DNA of 64,000 nt. Source: Amoebophrya sp. A120 (taxonomy: Eukaryota; Protista; Dinoflagellata). Every line of letters begins with the position of its first letter. The first letter of the stretch is position 1. A model generated the notes under the pieces. That model did no database searches. It was given only the letters and a program-made list of their open reading frames with translations, and was not told the origin of the DNA. The stretch spans positions 2,284,089 to 2,348,088 of the forward strand of contig CAJINV010000001.1 in assembly GCA_905178155.1 (NCBI GenBank), written 5' to 3'. Positions 9,720 through 21,469 of the stretch are shown piece after piece. The position numbers were made by a program, and so were the translations under genes.

Positions 9720-12700
9720 TCAATCCGGCACGACTGGTAGTTTGTTTTCCTCAAGCACCATACCTAGATACGTGAGCACCGTCGGATCGGTGGATTTCTT
9801 TAACATGTGGCGCAAGACCTTGCTTTTCTTCGCCAGCCTCCGCGTCTCCCGGTCCGCCGTCAAGTGCGTTAAGCACCGGCAGATGTGCCGGTGCAGTACT
9901 TGCGTGTGCAACGACAAACGCGCTTCCTCGCCGTAAATGGAGTCCTTTTCGTCGAACACGCCCTCCACTTTCCCCTCCAGTCCCGCAATGAGAAACGCGA
10001 AGATGCTGGTTTTGCGCGTCAAGTACGTGCGGAAAACGTCTTTGCGGGTCAACTCACACAGAATCTCGAGCAAGATGTCTAAAAAATGCGGCTCGAGCCG
10101 CATGCGGCGCAGAACCGTTTGCGTCAGCTCGCCCACCTCGTGCTGGTCCGCACCTGGGGTCAGAATCTCGTCTTTCCGGACCAGTTCCCGAAAGGCGAGC
10201 AGCAAGGGCTTCGCGAAGAACAACCCGTACACACTGGAGAGTAGTAATAGCATGCGATCCCGGAAACCGAGGAAGACACGGTAGAGCAACTCTTGCAGGA
10301 AGGGAAACTTCATCGCCTCCGGTTCCGAATTCAGAAACGCCATCTGCCTCAGAAACAGCACGTTTCCCTCCGAGGTGCGGAACTGAAAGCGGAGAAAACT
10401 CGCCAAGCTTTGCGTCAGCTTGTGTTTCGCATTCTTCGTCAAAGCAAGTTTTTCCAGCCACGGCGCCAGCACGCCGAACACTTGCGGTTCGGAGAAGGTC
10501 AAAGTCCAAAGTTCAAGATCGAGCTGCAGCAACATCTCAACCGGATACTCGAGAATCCGCTGGAGTAAGAGAATCTCCTTGGCGCGCTCCCGGTAGAAAT
10601 GCAGATCTTTATCTACTCCAGCTTTGGGGTCTGCTGCTGCTCCTTGCTCGTCTACGAGCTGTAATCGTTGCTGTGGAAATGAATTTTCGGTCCCGGCCAC
10701 AGATTGTAGTAGATCAAGATCTTTGCCATTACCGCCGTCCGCTCCTAGTTCGCCATGATCGATGCTGTTTTTCAGCCCGAGATTCATCATCAAAAAGCGC
10801 ACGTCGTCTCGCAAATTCGCGCTGCTATACTCTCGATCACGGACGCGCGCAGACAGCAGGACTTCGTTTTGTTCTTTCTCCTCCAACTCGGTTTCTCGCG
10901 GTATTAACGGGGTCGGGATAGAAGTTGTGGTACCTACAGCTACACGGGTGGAGGACAACGCTGGGGCGGCCGCTGGTGGAGGACGACCACCGCGGAGAGC
11001 TTCAATGCTATCACCTGCGAATTCCTCTCGGCCGAAGGTAACTTGCCCTGCTGCAAAGCCTTGTTGTTCGTTATGCAGTTCCCCTGGAGGCGTTATACTT
11101 GCCGACGAAGAATTTGATGCGGCACGCTGCAGTATTGGGCTGCGCACTGGCTGGTGTTCCAGTCGTCCACCGCTGCTTTGGAATGTGTCCTGTGGACTTG
11201 GTAGCATCGGTGTCGAAAACAGACCAGCATTTTTTGTGGCCAAACCCGGTGGTGAGAGTTGTGCAGCGGGGGTACGGTGACTCTGCAGGTCAGCGGTAGT
11301 AGGGCTATTAACCGGCGGGCCACGGGCTCGCGTGTCGTCGTGTCGCTGCGACTGCGAGAAAACTTCCCGCCCATCCATTTCACCCAAACTGGATTTCTTC
11401 TCCTGCTGGCGTGTACCATTAGTAGTTCTAAGCAACCGCAGACTGGGGTTATCTCTCAACAGCCGTCGCGTCTTCAACTTGTCGTAGAGCTCGAGGCCGT
11501 AGTCGCGCGCGAAGTACCGTCGGATATCAAGTGCAAATATGTCTGGGTGTGGAACTTTGCTAGACTTGTCACGCAGGTTTTCCATGATCCATATGATCTG
11601 TAATGGAGTACCTAGCATGACAGGTTCCGTGAGATCACTAGCACCAAATATAGCCGCCGGGGCGGGGGTAATGAGGTCACGCCGGGTTTTTTTGACTTGG
11701 CCGGCGCCGGGTCCTTTTGCTCTGGGCACAGGAGAGACGTTTTCCCGCACGCTATGGCCCCACAAGGCCCTCCGCCAGGGTCGGCCTTATGGGTCCCCCA
11801 AATCGGGCGCATAGCATGCGGGTTAGCTTGCTCCTTTTGGCGGCATTTGCGTTCTTTGATTTTCTTGTTGAAAAGTCGAGCCCCTCCCGCATCCAGAATC
11901 GAAACGCTATTCCGCACGCTATGGCCCCGCCTGGGCCTCCATCAGGGCAGGCCCCCTGGGCGCCCCAAATCGGGCCCATAGCATGCGGATTGGCTTTCAT
12001 ACTTTGGCGGCCTTTGCGTTTTTTGTTTTCTTTTGTTGAAAAGTCGCACTTTTTTGCCTGTTCTCCGCATTACAAATGCCCGATTTTGGTGGCCGGCTTT
12101 GCGACCTCGGAAAGTCGGCAAAAATGGCGGCCATACCATGCGGATTCGCAGCTTTTTTCGTCTTGGCATTTTTTCGGGCGCCCCTTTCTGGGCGCCCGAA
12201 ACCGCCAGAAACTAAGGCGGTCGGCGCCTCAGAAGGGCGCCCCTTTTGCCGGCTCCCCTGCGTCGTTTTATCAAGTGCGAGTCGATAGCTTTCGACCGGG
12301 CTTGTTTGTTGGCAAAGCCCCGGCCGCTTGATAATTGAAAATTTTTTATGCCCAAAAACACTTCCGGCAGCTTGAAAACTGCCGGTCGTTTTGCATTCAT
12401 AAGACCTGGCAAAAAAACCGCTAGGATAGAACGTTCGTGACCTCACTACATATCATAATCATTCCTATCCTGCATGACAAACTGCCTCTCAACTTGATCA
12501 AGAGCGGACACCAGCATTTGGTAATCATGCAACACAGATTTTTGCTTTTGCATGATTCTGACTTAGCATGACAAGTTCCAACCTTCCAGACCCAGGCATT
12601 TTTGCAATCCATATCGGTTTTCCCGGTACAGGTCATGCAGTTCCCAGAACAGACAGGCCGGCTCGACCAGAATGGGCTCCCAATACTTGGAGAAATCCAC

Positions 12701-14157
12701 TTTTTCCACTTTTGAAACAGCAGATTTAACATTCCTAACCCCCGGATAGTAGGATTCGGTTTCAAAATCGTGCCTCTTTTCCCGTTCCCGATCCGCCGCT
12801 TCCTGCTCCAACTGCCCCGTTGTTTCGACGACTTGCAGGAAAATCTGCATGGTTAGTTCCACTTTTTTACAGCTCAACTGTAAACTTTCTTTATCTTCGA
12901 AAAGGTCTTCAACATCTTGCTGCGTCCCTACCCGTGGTTGTTTGCCCCTAGTACTCTGTTTGCTTTCTGCCAGATCTGAAAAGCTTCCGCACGAGTGAAA
13001 GAGGATTTTGAGCAGGACGAAAAGCAGGCCGTTGTCGAGAAGCATTTCCATCATCCTCACGGAAATAGCAGCAGCCGCACCTTTTTCGAAATCACCGATT
13101 CTGTCCACGCAATCGAGAATGTTCTCCAGTATCCTGATTTGAAGACGTGCGTCGCTAGCTGAGCCGAAATGCAGCAACGCGAGAATCAGACAAATTCCTC
13201 GGGACCGAAGTGTCGCTTCTTGTTTCATCTCCGGAGCTGTGGCACGATACTGTGGATCTTCCTTGCGTACAGTTACACCATCATCTGCCGTGCTTGCAAC
13301 TACCATTTCTGTTCCGCTATTAGTTATTTCCACCGCAGCCCCGGCCATGTTTCCGGTGACGCGACCCCCGCGTAATTCGTGCACCCCTGCTGCTTCGCGC
13401 GGATGTGTTTCATCTTCATTCTTCTTCCCCACCCCGGAAGATGAGCCATGTCGCAGTGCCTGGAGCGCGCAATCGCCAAAGAGGAAGTCCAGGAGCGATG
13501 ATTCCTTTGACGTAAAGTCCAGTGCGTTGTGGATCACCTGCAGCTTCCCCTCGATCTCGTCCAGATCCACTTTAGTGGGTCTGCCTATCCCGGCCTTTTG
13601 CGCTGATGACTGAAGTGCAAGAACGACCTCACGATCGTCGGTGGCCTCGTCCACACGTCGATCCAGACTGTGCGCCTCGTCAAAGCAGCACTTCACCACG
13701 GAGTCCGCGACAAACGAGTCTTCCACCGTGAGCGTCTCCGGCACGAAGTAGCCTTCCGGGTGTTTCTGCAGCCGGAAGAAGCTCCGGGGCGGCTTCTCGC
13801 CCGGGAAGAGGCGGTGGACCTTATGGGATTCTCAATTGTTACATTCTCAACTGTTACATGAATGCGTGATGCAAGAATGGCAACAGGGAAAGCCGGATCT
13901 TGCAACTCTTGCAATACAAATTCGGCACAGATTCTCATCCTGTTTAGCCCTCCCAAAATGTGTCATGCGAAGTAGCTTCAGCTTGTGGACGTTGATGCTC
14001 GTTTTGCATGACAAATCATCTAACAGTTGAGAATGTAACATTTGAGAACGCCATACACCTGCCCCTGTATTTCGAGCCGGAGTTTCCGCACCGTCCAAGA
14101 AGGATCGGCGAGGAGTAAAAACTTCGTCGACGCATCGTACTCGACGATCAGCTTCAT
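9720..14157 (-). CDS. Large helical-repeat (ARM/HEAT-like) hypothetical protein, 3 exons
   Basis: ATG at 14157 (MKLIVEYDAST). Removing introners 13822-14055 and 11525-12613 joins QGQV|HRLFPGE and YRENR|RYFARDY into one frame with ORFs 12563-13744 and 9720-11765. Leucine-rich helices. The family call is inference. Confidence 0.7.
11525..12613. mobile_element. Introner family A carrying a nested ~0.8-kb GC-rich insertion
   Basis: TATCAAGTGCAAATATGTCTGGGTGTGGAA ... TTCCAGACCCAGGCATTTTTGCAATCCATA. TSD TCGGA/TCGGT. 1089 bp versus 262 bp for the typical copy. Confidence 0.85.
13822..14055. mobile_element. Introner family C
   Basis: TATGGGATTCTCAATTGTTACATTCTCAACTGTTA ... TAACAGTTGAGAATGTAACATTTGAGAACGCCATA. 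TSD GACCT/CACCT. Confidence 0.9.
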
Positions 14158-14727
14158 AATTTGTCGTTTTTAGTGAACCTCCGAAAATAACCTACTTTTC
14201 AAACAAGCCGAAGTGCCGTCCTGTGCAAGGAGGACACCAGGAAGATGCAGCTCCTAGTACTTCTCCAAAAAAAATTTAGGACTACGCAGAGAGCGACCAG
14301 TGTGCTCTGCGGTTTTGATAACCGCTCACTCAAAAAGCCGCTTTGCGTGGCACTCAATCGATTCGCTTCTCGTCTCCTCGGTTCTCTCAGCCACGAGACG
14401 CTAACGCATGCCAGAGGCATGGACAAAAGTTTACCGCTCATCGAACACTGCGTGGGCAAAACCAACATCCAAACCCGCGTCGAATCACGGACAAGAAGAG
14501 AGACAGAACTACTCCGCTCGTTTCCAGTAATTGTGAAGTTTCCCCAAGGGGAGCAATATGCGCACTTCCTAACTTCTTCTGTGTAGCAGCAGTTGTTGTC
14601 AGCTCGAAGTCAATATCTCTGAGAAGTGGTCGAAGTGATGAAATTCCTTATCCTCCTTCTGGTTGAGATCACTCTCAAGCTCTGGCCGATCAAGAAAGCT
14701 TTTCAGACATTTCTTCTAAATGATCGC

Positions 14728-15229
14728 TTAATCGAACAAGTCGAATTCCATCTCCTCTTCTTCTTCCTCCGGCGGAGCATCGTCCTTCTTCTCTTCGCCG
14801 GCGTCACCGCCCGCGGCACCGCCGGCGGCAGCGCCACCAGCCGCGGCAACGCCGCCACCACCACCTCCACCGGCCTTCAGGATAGCGCCGACATCCTGTT
14901 TTTTTGAGAATTTTGAAAATTTAGATACCATAACACAATATCGGGCGGTCGTACAGACGCATAGTACGGCAACCAACTCTAAACACGATTTATCCTCACT
15001 GCTTCAACAAAAATCCAAATCACAGCAATAGAAATACCTGTCCCTGGCACATCTTGGAGAAGAGCGCCGGCCAGAAGCCCTCGACGGAGCAACCCGCAGC
15101 CTTGATCAAGCTGTTGATGGCGTCAGCGGTAATATCGGCACCGTCGTCGTGCAGGATCAACGCAGCGTAGGTGCACAGCAGCTCGCCCTTCTGCTCCGGG
15201 CTCAGGTCAGCGACGGGAACGGTGGCCAT
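14728..15229 (-). CDS. RPLP1: 60S acidic ribosomal protein P1, copy 1
   Basis: Exons 15038-15229 and 14728-14895 with a GT-AG intron. ELLCTYAALILHDD...FWPALF, G/A hinge, C-terminal EEEEEEMEFDLFD. Confidence 0.95.
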
Positions 15230-16020
15230 GTTTGGAGAGTGGAAAGGTTGATTTCTCTAGGTATGAACACGTCCAGAGAAACGCTCCTTATCCTAGGAGA
15301 GTTCTTCACAACTATAGGTCCCTGAGAAGTGAGTGAAACATATTGCGATTGGAGGTTTCGAGTAAGAGATTTAGATGAGCAGAATCTTCTCGATCGTACG
15401 TGTAGGCCGCGGGATCTTGCAGTTGCATTTCTTTCGTAGTTCGTCTAGATCGCACCCAAACACACATTTCTCCAAATCGCGTTCACGGCCGGATCATTGC
15501 GATCGAAATTTAGATTCTTCCGAGCAGCCACACCAAATGAGCATCTTCAGCTCCAAGATGTTCTCGTTTTCGCGATCCGCAAGACCTTTATTTCTTCGAA
15601 GCGTTGATCAAGATTGTTCAATTCTTAGAGACGGAACGCAGACTCAGTCACTCCTTGCATAATCGCAAAGCAGCGTTACACACCGACAGAGACCATCCAC
15701 ATTGCATGATGGGCAACATGATCACGCGAACACAAACTAAATCGAAATCAATTGCGCACTTTCCGACAAGCAGCAAGTATCCCGGCTGCGTCGACACGAC
15801 CTCAACCTCTTCTATTCAGAACTTAGCTAGAGCCACACCACCTAAAACTCATGTTCTCAATCTGGTTTAGTCCCAGTGTCCGGAGGCAGAAGTACTTATC
15901 AGACAAGCAGCAACTCCCTCAATGATCTTCAACGATGAGTTCTACTTCCGCTTTTGACTGTTCACATATGAAAACCCGAATTGACGTTATATTTGAGTCA
16001 GATTTCGAAGATTTAGATGT

Positions 16021-16576
16021 TTAATCGAACAGATCGAACTCCATCTCCTCTTCCTCCTCCTCAACAACTTCTTCCTTCTTGGCCTCCGCGGCCGGGGCAT
16101 CGCCACCAGCACCGCCGGCCGGGGCAGCACCGCCGCCACCGCCGCCGCCTCCGAGCTTCAACATGTCGCCCAAGTCCTGTTTTTTTTTCACACAGAATCG
16201 ATGTAGGTCAAGTTCATGATGTCGTCGTAGTGCGCGAAAAATTCAAAACGAGGCGAGACTGAGACTGAAAATGAGAACTCGCGGAAGGCACAAATATGCA
16301 AGCAAAATGAATCGCGTCCTGAAAATAAAGCTTCTTCGCAGAACAAACCTAAAGAAATCAGAACCAATCTTGTATAGTAAGTACCTTTCCAGCGACCATG
16401 CTGGAGTAGAGCTTCGGCCAGTAGGACTCGACGGACAGACCGGCGGCCTTGATGACCGAGGTCATGGCGTCCGCGGTGATGTCAGCCTCGGAGTCGTGGA
16501 GGATCAACGCCGAGTAGGTGCAGATCAGCTCATCCTTCTGAGCCTGGGACAGCTCACTAACCGGAATCGCCGCCAT
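16021..16576 (-). CDS. RPLP1: 60S acidic ribosomal protein P1, copy 2 (tandem paralog)
   Basis: Exons 16385-16576 and 16021-16176, intron at the same position. ELICTYSALILHD...YWPKLY, ends EEEEEMEFDLFD. Confidence 0.95.
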
Positions 16577-17768
16577 GTTGTTCTTAGGTGTGTGGGTAGG
16601 TGACTAGCTGCTCTAAACTAGTGTCCCTGGGAGTAGAGAAAGGATGTGGGTCGATGACGAAAAAAGCACTCATTATGAAGGGAGTTCTTGCAGAAGAAAA
16701 TTAAAGCAGGATCTCGACAACTTCAGCATCTAAATTTCAACTCCGAAGTAGATCCATTCTTCTTTGAAACGCGATTTAGTTTTCTGATCTGTGTCTAAAT
16801 TTCGCCGTTTCGCTCGTTGTGGGATGAACCTTCTAGGCCTCTTTAGATCATTCGGAGAACGTGTGTTTTGTCAGAAGGTCTCCAAAGCTTTTGTTCATCA
16901 CCAACTTCAGGTAAAGTAGGTAAGGAATTCGCAGTTTGTTCATCACGTCAAGGCTGAGGATGCGGATCTTTAAATTCGTTTACTGTTTCATCACGGATCG
17001 ATTTCGTCAAGAGCGTACAGAAAGGGGAGGGAGCCGAGATCTTTAAATTTAAATTTGGATCTGTCGCATGCGCAATCACGCTTGCTTCTCGCGACGAAAA
17101 AGAAGCTTCACGTCAAGCACTGCTACTGAGTTCACAGATTGATGGCTTACTATGAGCATATCATCGTGACCCAGAGTTGAAGACCGACAATTCGAATTTG
17201 TGTTCCTTGCTTCGTCGGCTCCTGCTCGAATCCCAAAGACTCTTCATGTGCACAGAAGAACAGAAGCATCTTGATCGCAACCCGGCACCTCGCCTGCTTC
17301 GTATCCGCCGATTCAGATCTGGCGATTCGGGTACCTCGTAGAATGATGTATGCCTCACAAGCAGTGTGCGTCTTCTTGATCTGAACGAAACCCTGTCCGG
17401 AGGGTGCCGCCCGATATTATGCAAGACGATCTCGGATCTAAAGACAGCCGTGTGGCGGTAGCAGCATTTCAAACAATTTGTACATTGTACTCTGATAACT
17501 CCAATATGCCGAAAATCATGGTATACAATTTCTGTGAAAAGGTTTACGAGAATAACGGTGTCAAAAATTCCGATGCAAGGATGTGAAAAGTTATGAAACA
17601 AGCTACATCAAGAACCCACTACAAGTAAATAAAAGCAACTATGTAAACATGCGTTTCAGACCACGCCCCAGAATGGTACTGCGACTATTCCAAATTTAGA
17701 AAAAACCTGATTATGCCTCGATCCCACCGGGATCCTCGTATCAAATTCTTACTCAAAACACTCCGTTC

Positions 17769-18878
17769 TTACACGAAAAACCCCAAACTGTTGTTCTTCC
17801 CCGACTTCTCCAACCCGTTCGAGAACGGCTGCGCGTGGTCAAAGTCAATCGGCGAAATGCGCGTCCGGCGACTCCGGGACGGGCTCATGCCCCCCGCTCC
17901 CGCGGAATTCGAACCCGAGGCCGTTCCCCGCCCGACCGTCGTGGATCCCGGGCGGGTGCTGAAGTTCCGGGCACTGCCATTCTTGTCCAAAAACTCCACA
18001 CTGCCCGGCAGCATTTTCTCCGTTTTCGGCGATTGTTCGAAGGTCGGCGGGGAAACTTCCTCCGTTTGCGAGGAAAGTGCCGCTAGCAGCACGGACGAAG
18101 AGGGGGAGCGACCGCTTGCGAAAGAGCTGTACTTCAGACTCGCGTACTTCTCCATGGTGCAGCGCGTCCGGGAAGGGGGCGTGTAGAGCTGGACACTTTC
18201 CTTCGGGGTAGTCGTGTTGTTTTTCATTGCTTCGTTCTTCTCCGCGGATGTTTTTGTATTCCCCAACAGTGCCTTGTGATCATCTTCTACTTCGTCGACC
18301 GAGCAAGAGTTGTCAACATCCAGCGCAGTGTCCACCTCCAGCATTTCCTTCGATTTCACCTGACTCTTCCCCGATCCCAGCGCTGCCTCCTTGCTGCCGC
18401 TGGCCTTCTGCGCTTTCTTCTTCGTGGTCCTTTCTGGGGTTTTCTGCTGACTGTTCTTTGCTGCCGCTGCTGCAATCAGTGCGTCCATTTCGATTTCGAC
18501 CGAGCCGCTGGAAGAAGATGAAGATCCTTTCACGGGTGAGGAATTCTGCGAGCGGCTGTAGAAAACTGCGCGCTTCACGCCGTCTGCGCCGGTGATCGAC
18601 TGCACCCCGATCGGGCGCCGCGTCTTCAACATGTCCTTCGCCTGCTCACTGGATTGGTGGGGGAGTGGGGCGAGAGGGCTGTTGAAGAGGTGCGATTTTT
18701 CCTGGTTGTCGTTGTGTTTTGCTGGGAGAAAATCATCGCCTTCCTCGTCGGACACAACGAGATCCAGACAGCGAACCCCACCGAAGAGAAGTTCACCATC
18801 GTCGCACGGAGCCACGATCAAAGACCGGATGCGACGAAGAAACCTGGTTGAAGAGGTTTTTTGATGGGGGAAATCCAA
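17769..18878 (-). CDS. Low-complexity S/K-rich hypothetical protein (main exon)
   Basis: 369-aa ORF on the cluster strand. Probable extra exons near 17161-17410 and 19020-19600 were not resolved. Confidence 0.5.
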   Translation of the reverse strand: MDFPHQKTSSTRFLRRIRSLIVAPCDDGELLFGGVRCLDLVVSDEEGDDFLPAKHNDNQEKSHLFNSPLAPLPHQSSEQAKDMLKTRRPIGVQSITGADGVKRAVFYSRSQNSSPVKGSSSSSSGSVEIEMDALIAAAAAKNSQQKTPERTTKKKAQKASGSKEAALGSGKSQVKSKEMLEVDTALDVDNSCSVDEVEDDHKALLGNTKTSAEKNEAMKNNTTTPKESVQLYTPPSRTRCTMEKYASLKYSSFASGRSPSSSVLLAALSSQTEEVSPPTFEQSPKTEKMLPGSVEFLDKNGSARNFSTRPGSTTVGRGTASGSNSAGAGGMSPSRSRRTRISPIDFDHAQPFSNGLEKSGKNNSLGFFV

Positions 18879-19864
18879 AATCTAAATCTGGATCTGCAAA
18901 CACAAATTGTAAAAGTGGGATGCAGGTATGGGTGAAACTGCTATCATTTAAGGACGAGAAGAAGTATAGGGGACTACACATGAGTTTCAACAAAAACGCC
19001 AGCATCTTGAAACACATTCACTTACGGCAATCGTTGCATGATCCGCTCCGCCGCTTTTCGCAGTGGTGCAAACAGGCCGCCCTGCTTCGAAGATCGCCAG
19101 GTGAACGCGACCTGCGTCATGAAACTCAGGTAACCAACTGAAAGAACGAGAACGCCAAGCTTCAGAACTGCAAGCGCCAAGGCCCAGTCGCCTTCCCCTG
19201 CAAGGGGAGGAACCTCCTGGTGGTTGACGAAACCGCGCAACGGCATTTTGTTACTTGGGAATAAGTGGCTTCAAAAAAAGGGTGCTCTACTTCGGAGACT
19301 TTTCTCCAATGGATTCCCTGCAGGAGTAGTTTCCTCTATTGTTTCTCTTCGCTGCTTTAGCATAAGCTACAGAGCATGTTGCCACGACCGAAAGCACGAT
19401 TTGGAAGTGTAAACGAATCCGGACACGAGCACAAGTTCTGCACGATCTACGTTTTCTTCCCGGAGGTACGATCTATTACGACTGATCCATCAGCATTCAA
19501 AAATACGACACTACGAAGGAGATGGGGCCAGCAGCGCTGGCATGACGATTTGGGCGGTTTCCACGACATTTCTAAAAGCAATAGCGCCAGCACAACATGA
19601 CGACGTTTTCTGTTGTGCAAGAAATTAAGTAAAGCACAGAGCAAGCATCAAGAGGACGAAATATTTTGCACCTGCAACAGCAGTTTGCCTATGGCTACAT
19701 GGCTCTGTACGCAAGAACAGCAAGAACAGACTTTAATCACGTTTATCTTTATTCAAAACTGAAGTGACTGTGACACCCATGATGCACCCATGAATTCTTG
19801 TTCGTCCGCATATTTGGAACGGGATACTGTCTCATACAACTGCTTTCGCTTTACTTACTTTCCG

Positions 19865-21043
19865 CTACGCCACGCCGCGTAGCAGATTCGATGTCGAATC
19901 AATTCCGACGAGTAGTTCCTTCATTTGCACTTGCAACGAATTTAGCAGATCTTTCAAACTACTTACCGCCCGACGCATGTCCTGCACTGCCACTTCGGCG
20001 TTTCGCACCCGCGTGTGCGCGTGCTTTTTCAACTCGTCTTTTTGGATCTGAAGAACGTGTTGGCTCCTTAGCCAGTCCATACAGGGCTTCGCCGCGAGTC
20101 GCTCCTCCAATAATGTGTATAGTCGCTGGATCTTCCGGCCCTGCGCAAACACATTCTTGGCGATATTCGCATTTCCAGCCGCAGACATCGCTGCTGTCGC
20201 ATTGTTTTTGCTCATGTCTTTCGTGACCTGCAGAACTTCGCGGAGTGATCTCAACGCGGCGTCGAAGGTCCGAATGTTGTTGTACGGGCGAAACAGGTCC
20301 CGGTAGTCCTCTTCGCAGGCGGAAACTAGGGTGGCAACGTCCGCGGTTGCGTCCAGATCGAACACGCCGGTAGCCTGCTCGAGTCTCGCAAGGCGCTTTT
20401 CCAGCGCGAGAAAAGTCGCCGCCTCCTGCTCCGAGTGTAGAAGGTTCTTCTTCGCCAAGCGAAGCTCGAGACTGCGGATTTGGAGTGCGGTATCGTCGTC
20501 TGCGGCAAGCAGCTTTCTCCGGATTTGCTGGAACCGCGCGTGCTCGAGATCGGGGGAAAATCGCCTTGAGGGTGCGGAAGAAAAGCTTGAAGAAATTTGT
20601 TGGTTTGATGCTCTTTCTTCCCGTCTGAACCGCTGCAGATATTTTTCGATCACTGCCGTGCGTTCGAGCTGCTTTATGGAGGTGGTTGAGCCTTGGAGTT
20701 GTCGTTGCCGAAGGAGCTCGTCCAGAGCGGTGAGGGAATCGTTTTGGAGTCTCGACGCGCTTGTCGACGTGAAGCTGGAGCCCGACTCGAGTTGGTTGCT
20801 GGTGAGCTGTTCGGAAATGAACAGATCCGCTGCTTCACATTGAAGGCGCAGTAGAGTCTGAGGAAACGTCTCTGCGCCGGTGGGTATCCAGCTCCATTCC
20901 TTCTTGATTTTTTCGGGTAGGACTTCGCCGCGAGGCTGGTCTCCGGATCCGTCGCTTTTTTCCGCGGAGGGTGCGGACTCAAAAACAGTAGCACCATTTG
21001 AGTTGGCGGCAGCTGTGTGTAGGGTTCGTCCTTCGCGTGCCAT
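19865..21043 (-). CDS. Dynactin subunit 2 (dynamitin/p50)-like coiled-coil protein
   Basis: Motifs VFES, ETFPQTLLRLQCEA, LEKRLARLEQATG and KIQRLYTLL recall dynamitin blocks. Size ~390 aa. Recognised from memory, not searched. Confidence 0.55.
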   Translation of the reverse strand: MAREGRTLHTAAANSNGATVFESAPSAEKSDGSGDQPRGEVLPEKIKKEWSWIPTGAETFPQTLLRLQCEAADLFISEQLTSNQLESGSSFTSTSASRLQNDSLTALDELLRQRQLQGSTTSIKQLERTAVIEKYLQRFRREERASNQQISSSFSSAPSRRFSPDLEHARFQQIRRKLLAADDDTALQIRSLELRLAKKNLLHSEQEAATFLALEKRLARLEQATGVFDLDATADVATLVSACEEDYRDLFRPYNNIRTFDAALRSLREVLQVTKDMSKNNATAAMSAAGNANIAKNVFAQGRKIQRLYTLLEERLAAKPCMDWLRSQHVLQIQKDELKKHAHTRVRNAEVAVQDMRRAVSSLKDLLNSLQVQMKELLVGIDSTSNLLRGVA

Positions 21044-21469
21044 TTTTGTCTGTCCTTGAATGCGTTTTCGTGTTCCTATCTGGACACCACACTCAGTATG
21101 GCACACTGTAGTTGAGCTTCAGTACTTACGTTAGTTTGCTGGATAGGCTGGTGATGGCGCAGCCGTCATCTGAGACGCCGGCTGGTACAAGAAGACCAAC
21201 CCCAACTGCAGGAGCAAAACCAAAAAGTTTGGCAGTCGATCTGAAATCCGTCGTGGGCGCGAACAACGCATGTGGTCGACCAGTGCCACGCACCAAAAAG
21301 AGAACGAAACCAAAGGCGCGCAAATATCAAAAGGTGCATGCCAAAGCATAGTCCGACTGTCCTTCGAACAACGTCTCGCGCTGCTCAAATCACCAAGCCG
21401 TCACAACCGAAGCAAGACACGGCAGCGCTCGGCCGCAATTTGCATCTCAGCAGCAGTAGTAGATACGCA

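Noticed and set aside
16890-17120. Repeated TTCATCAC, CACGTCAAG and GATCTTTAAATT upstream of RPLP1
   Set aside because: These could be promoter motifs but are too short to support without comparative data.
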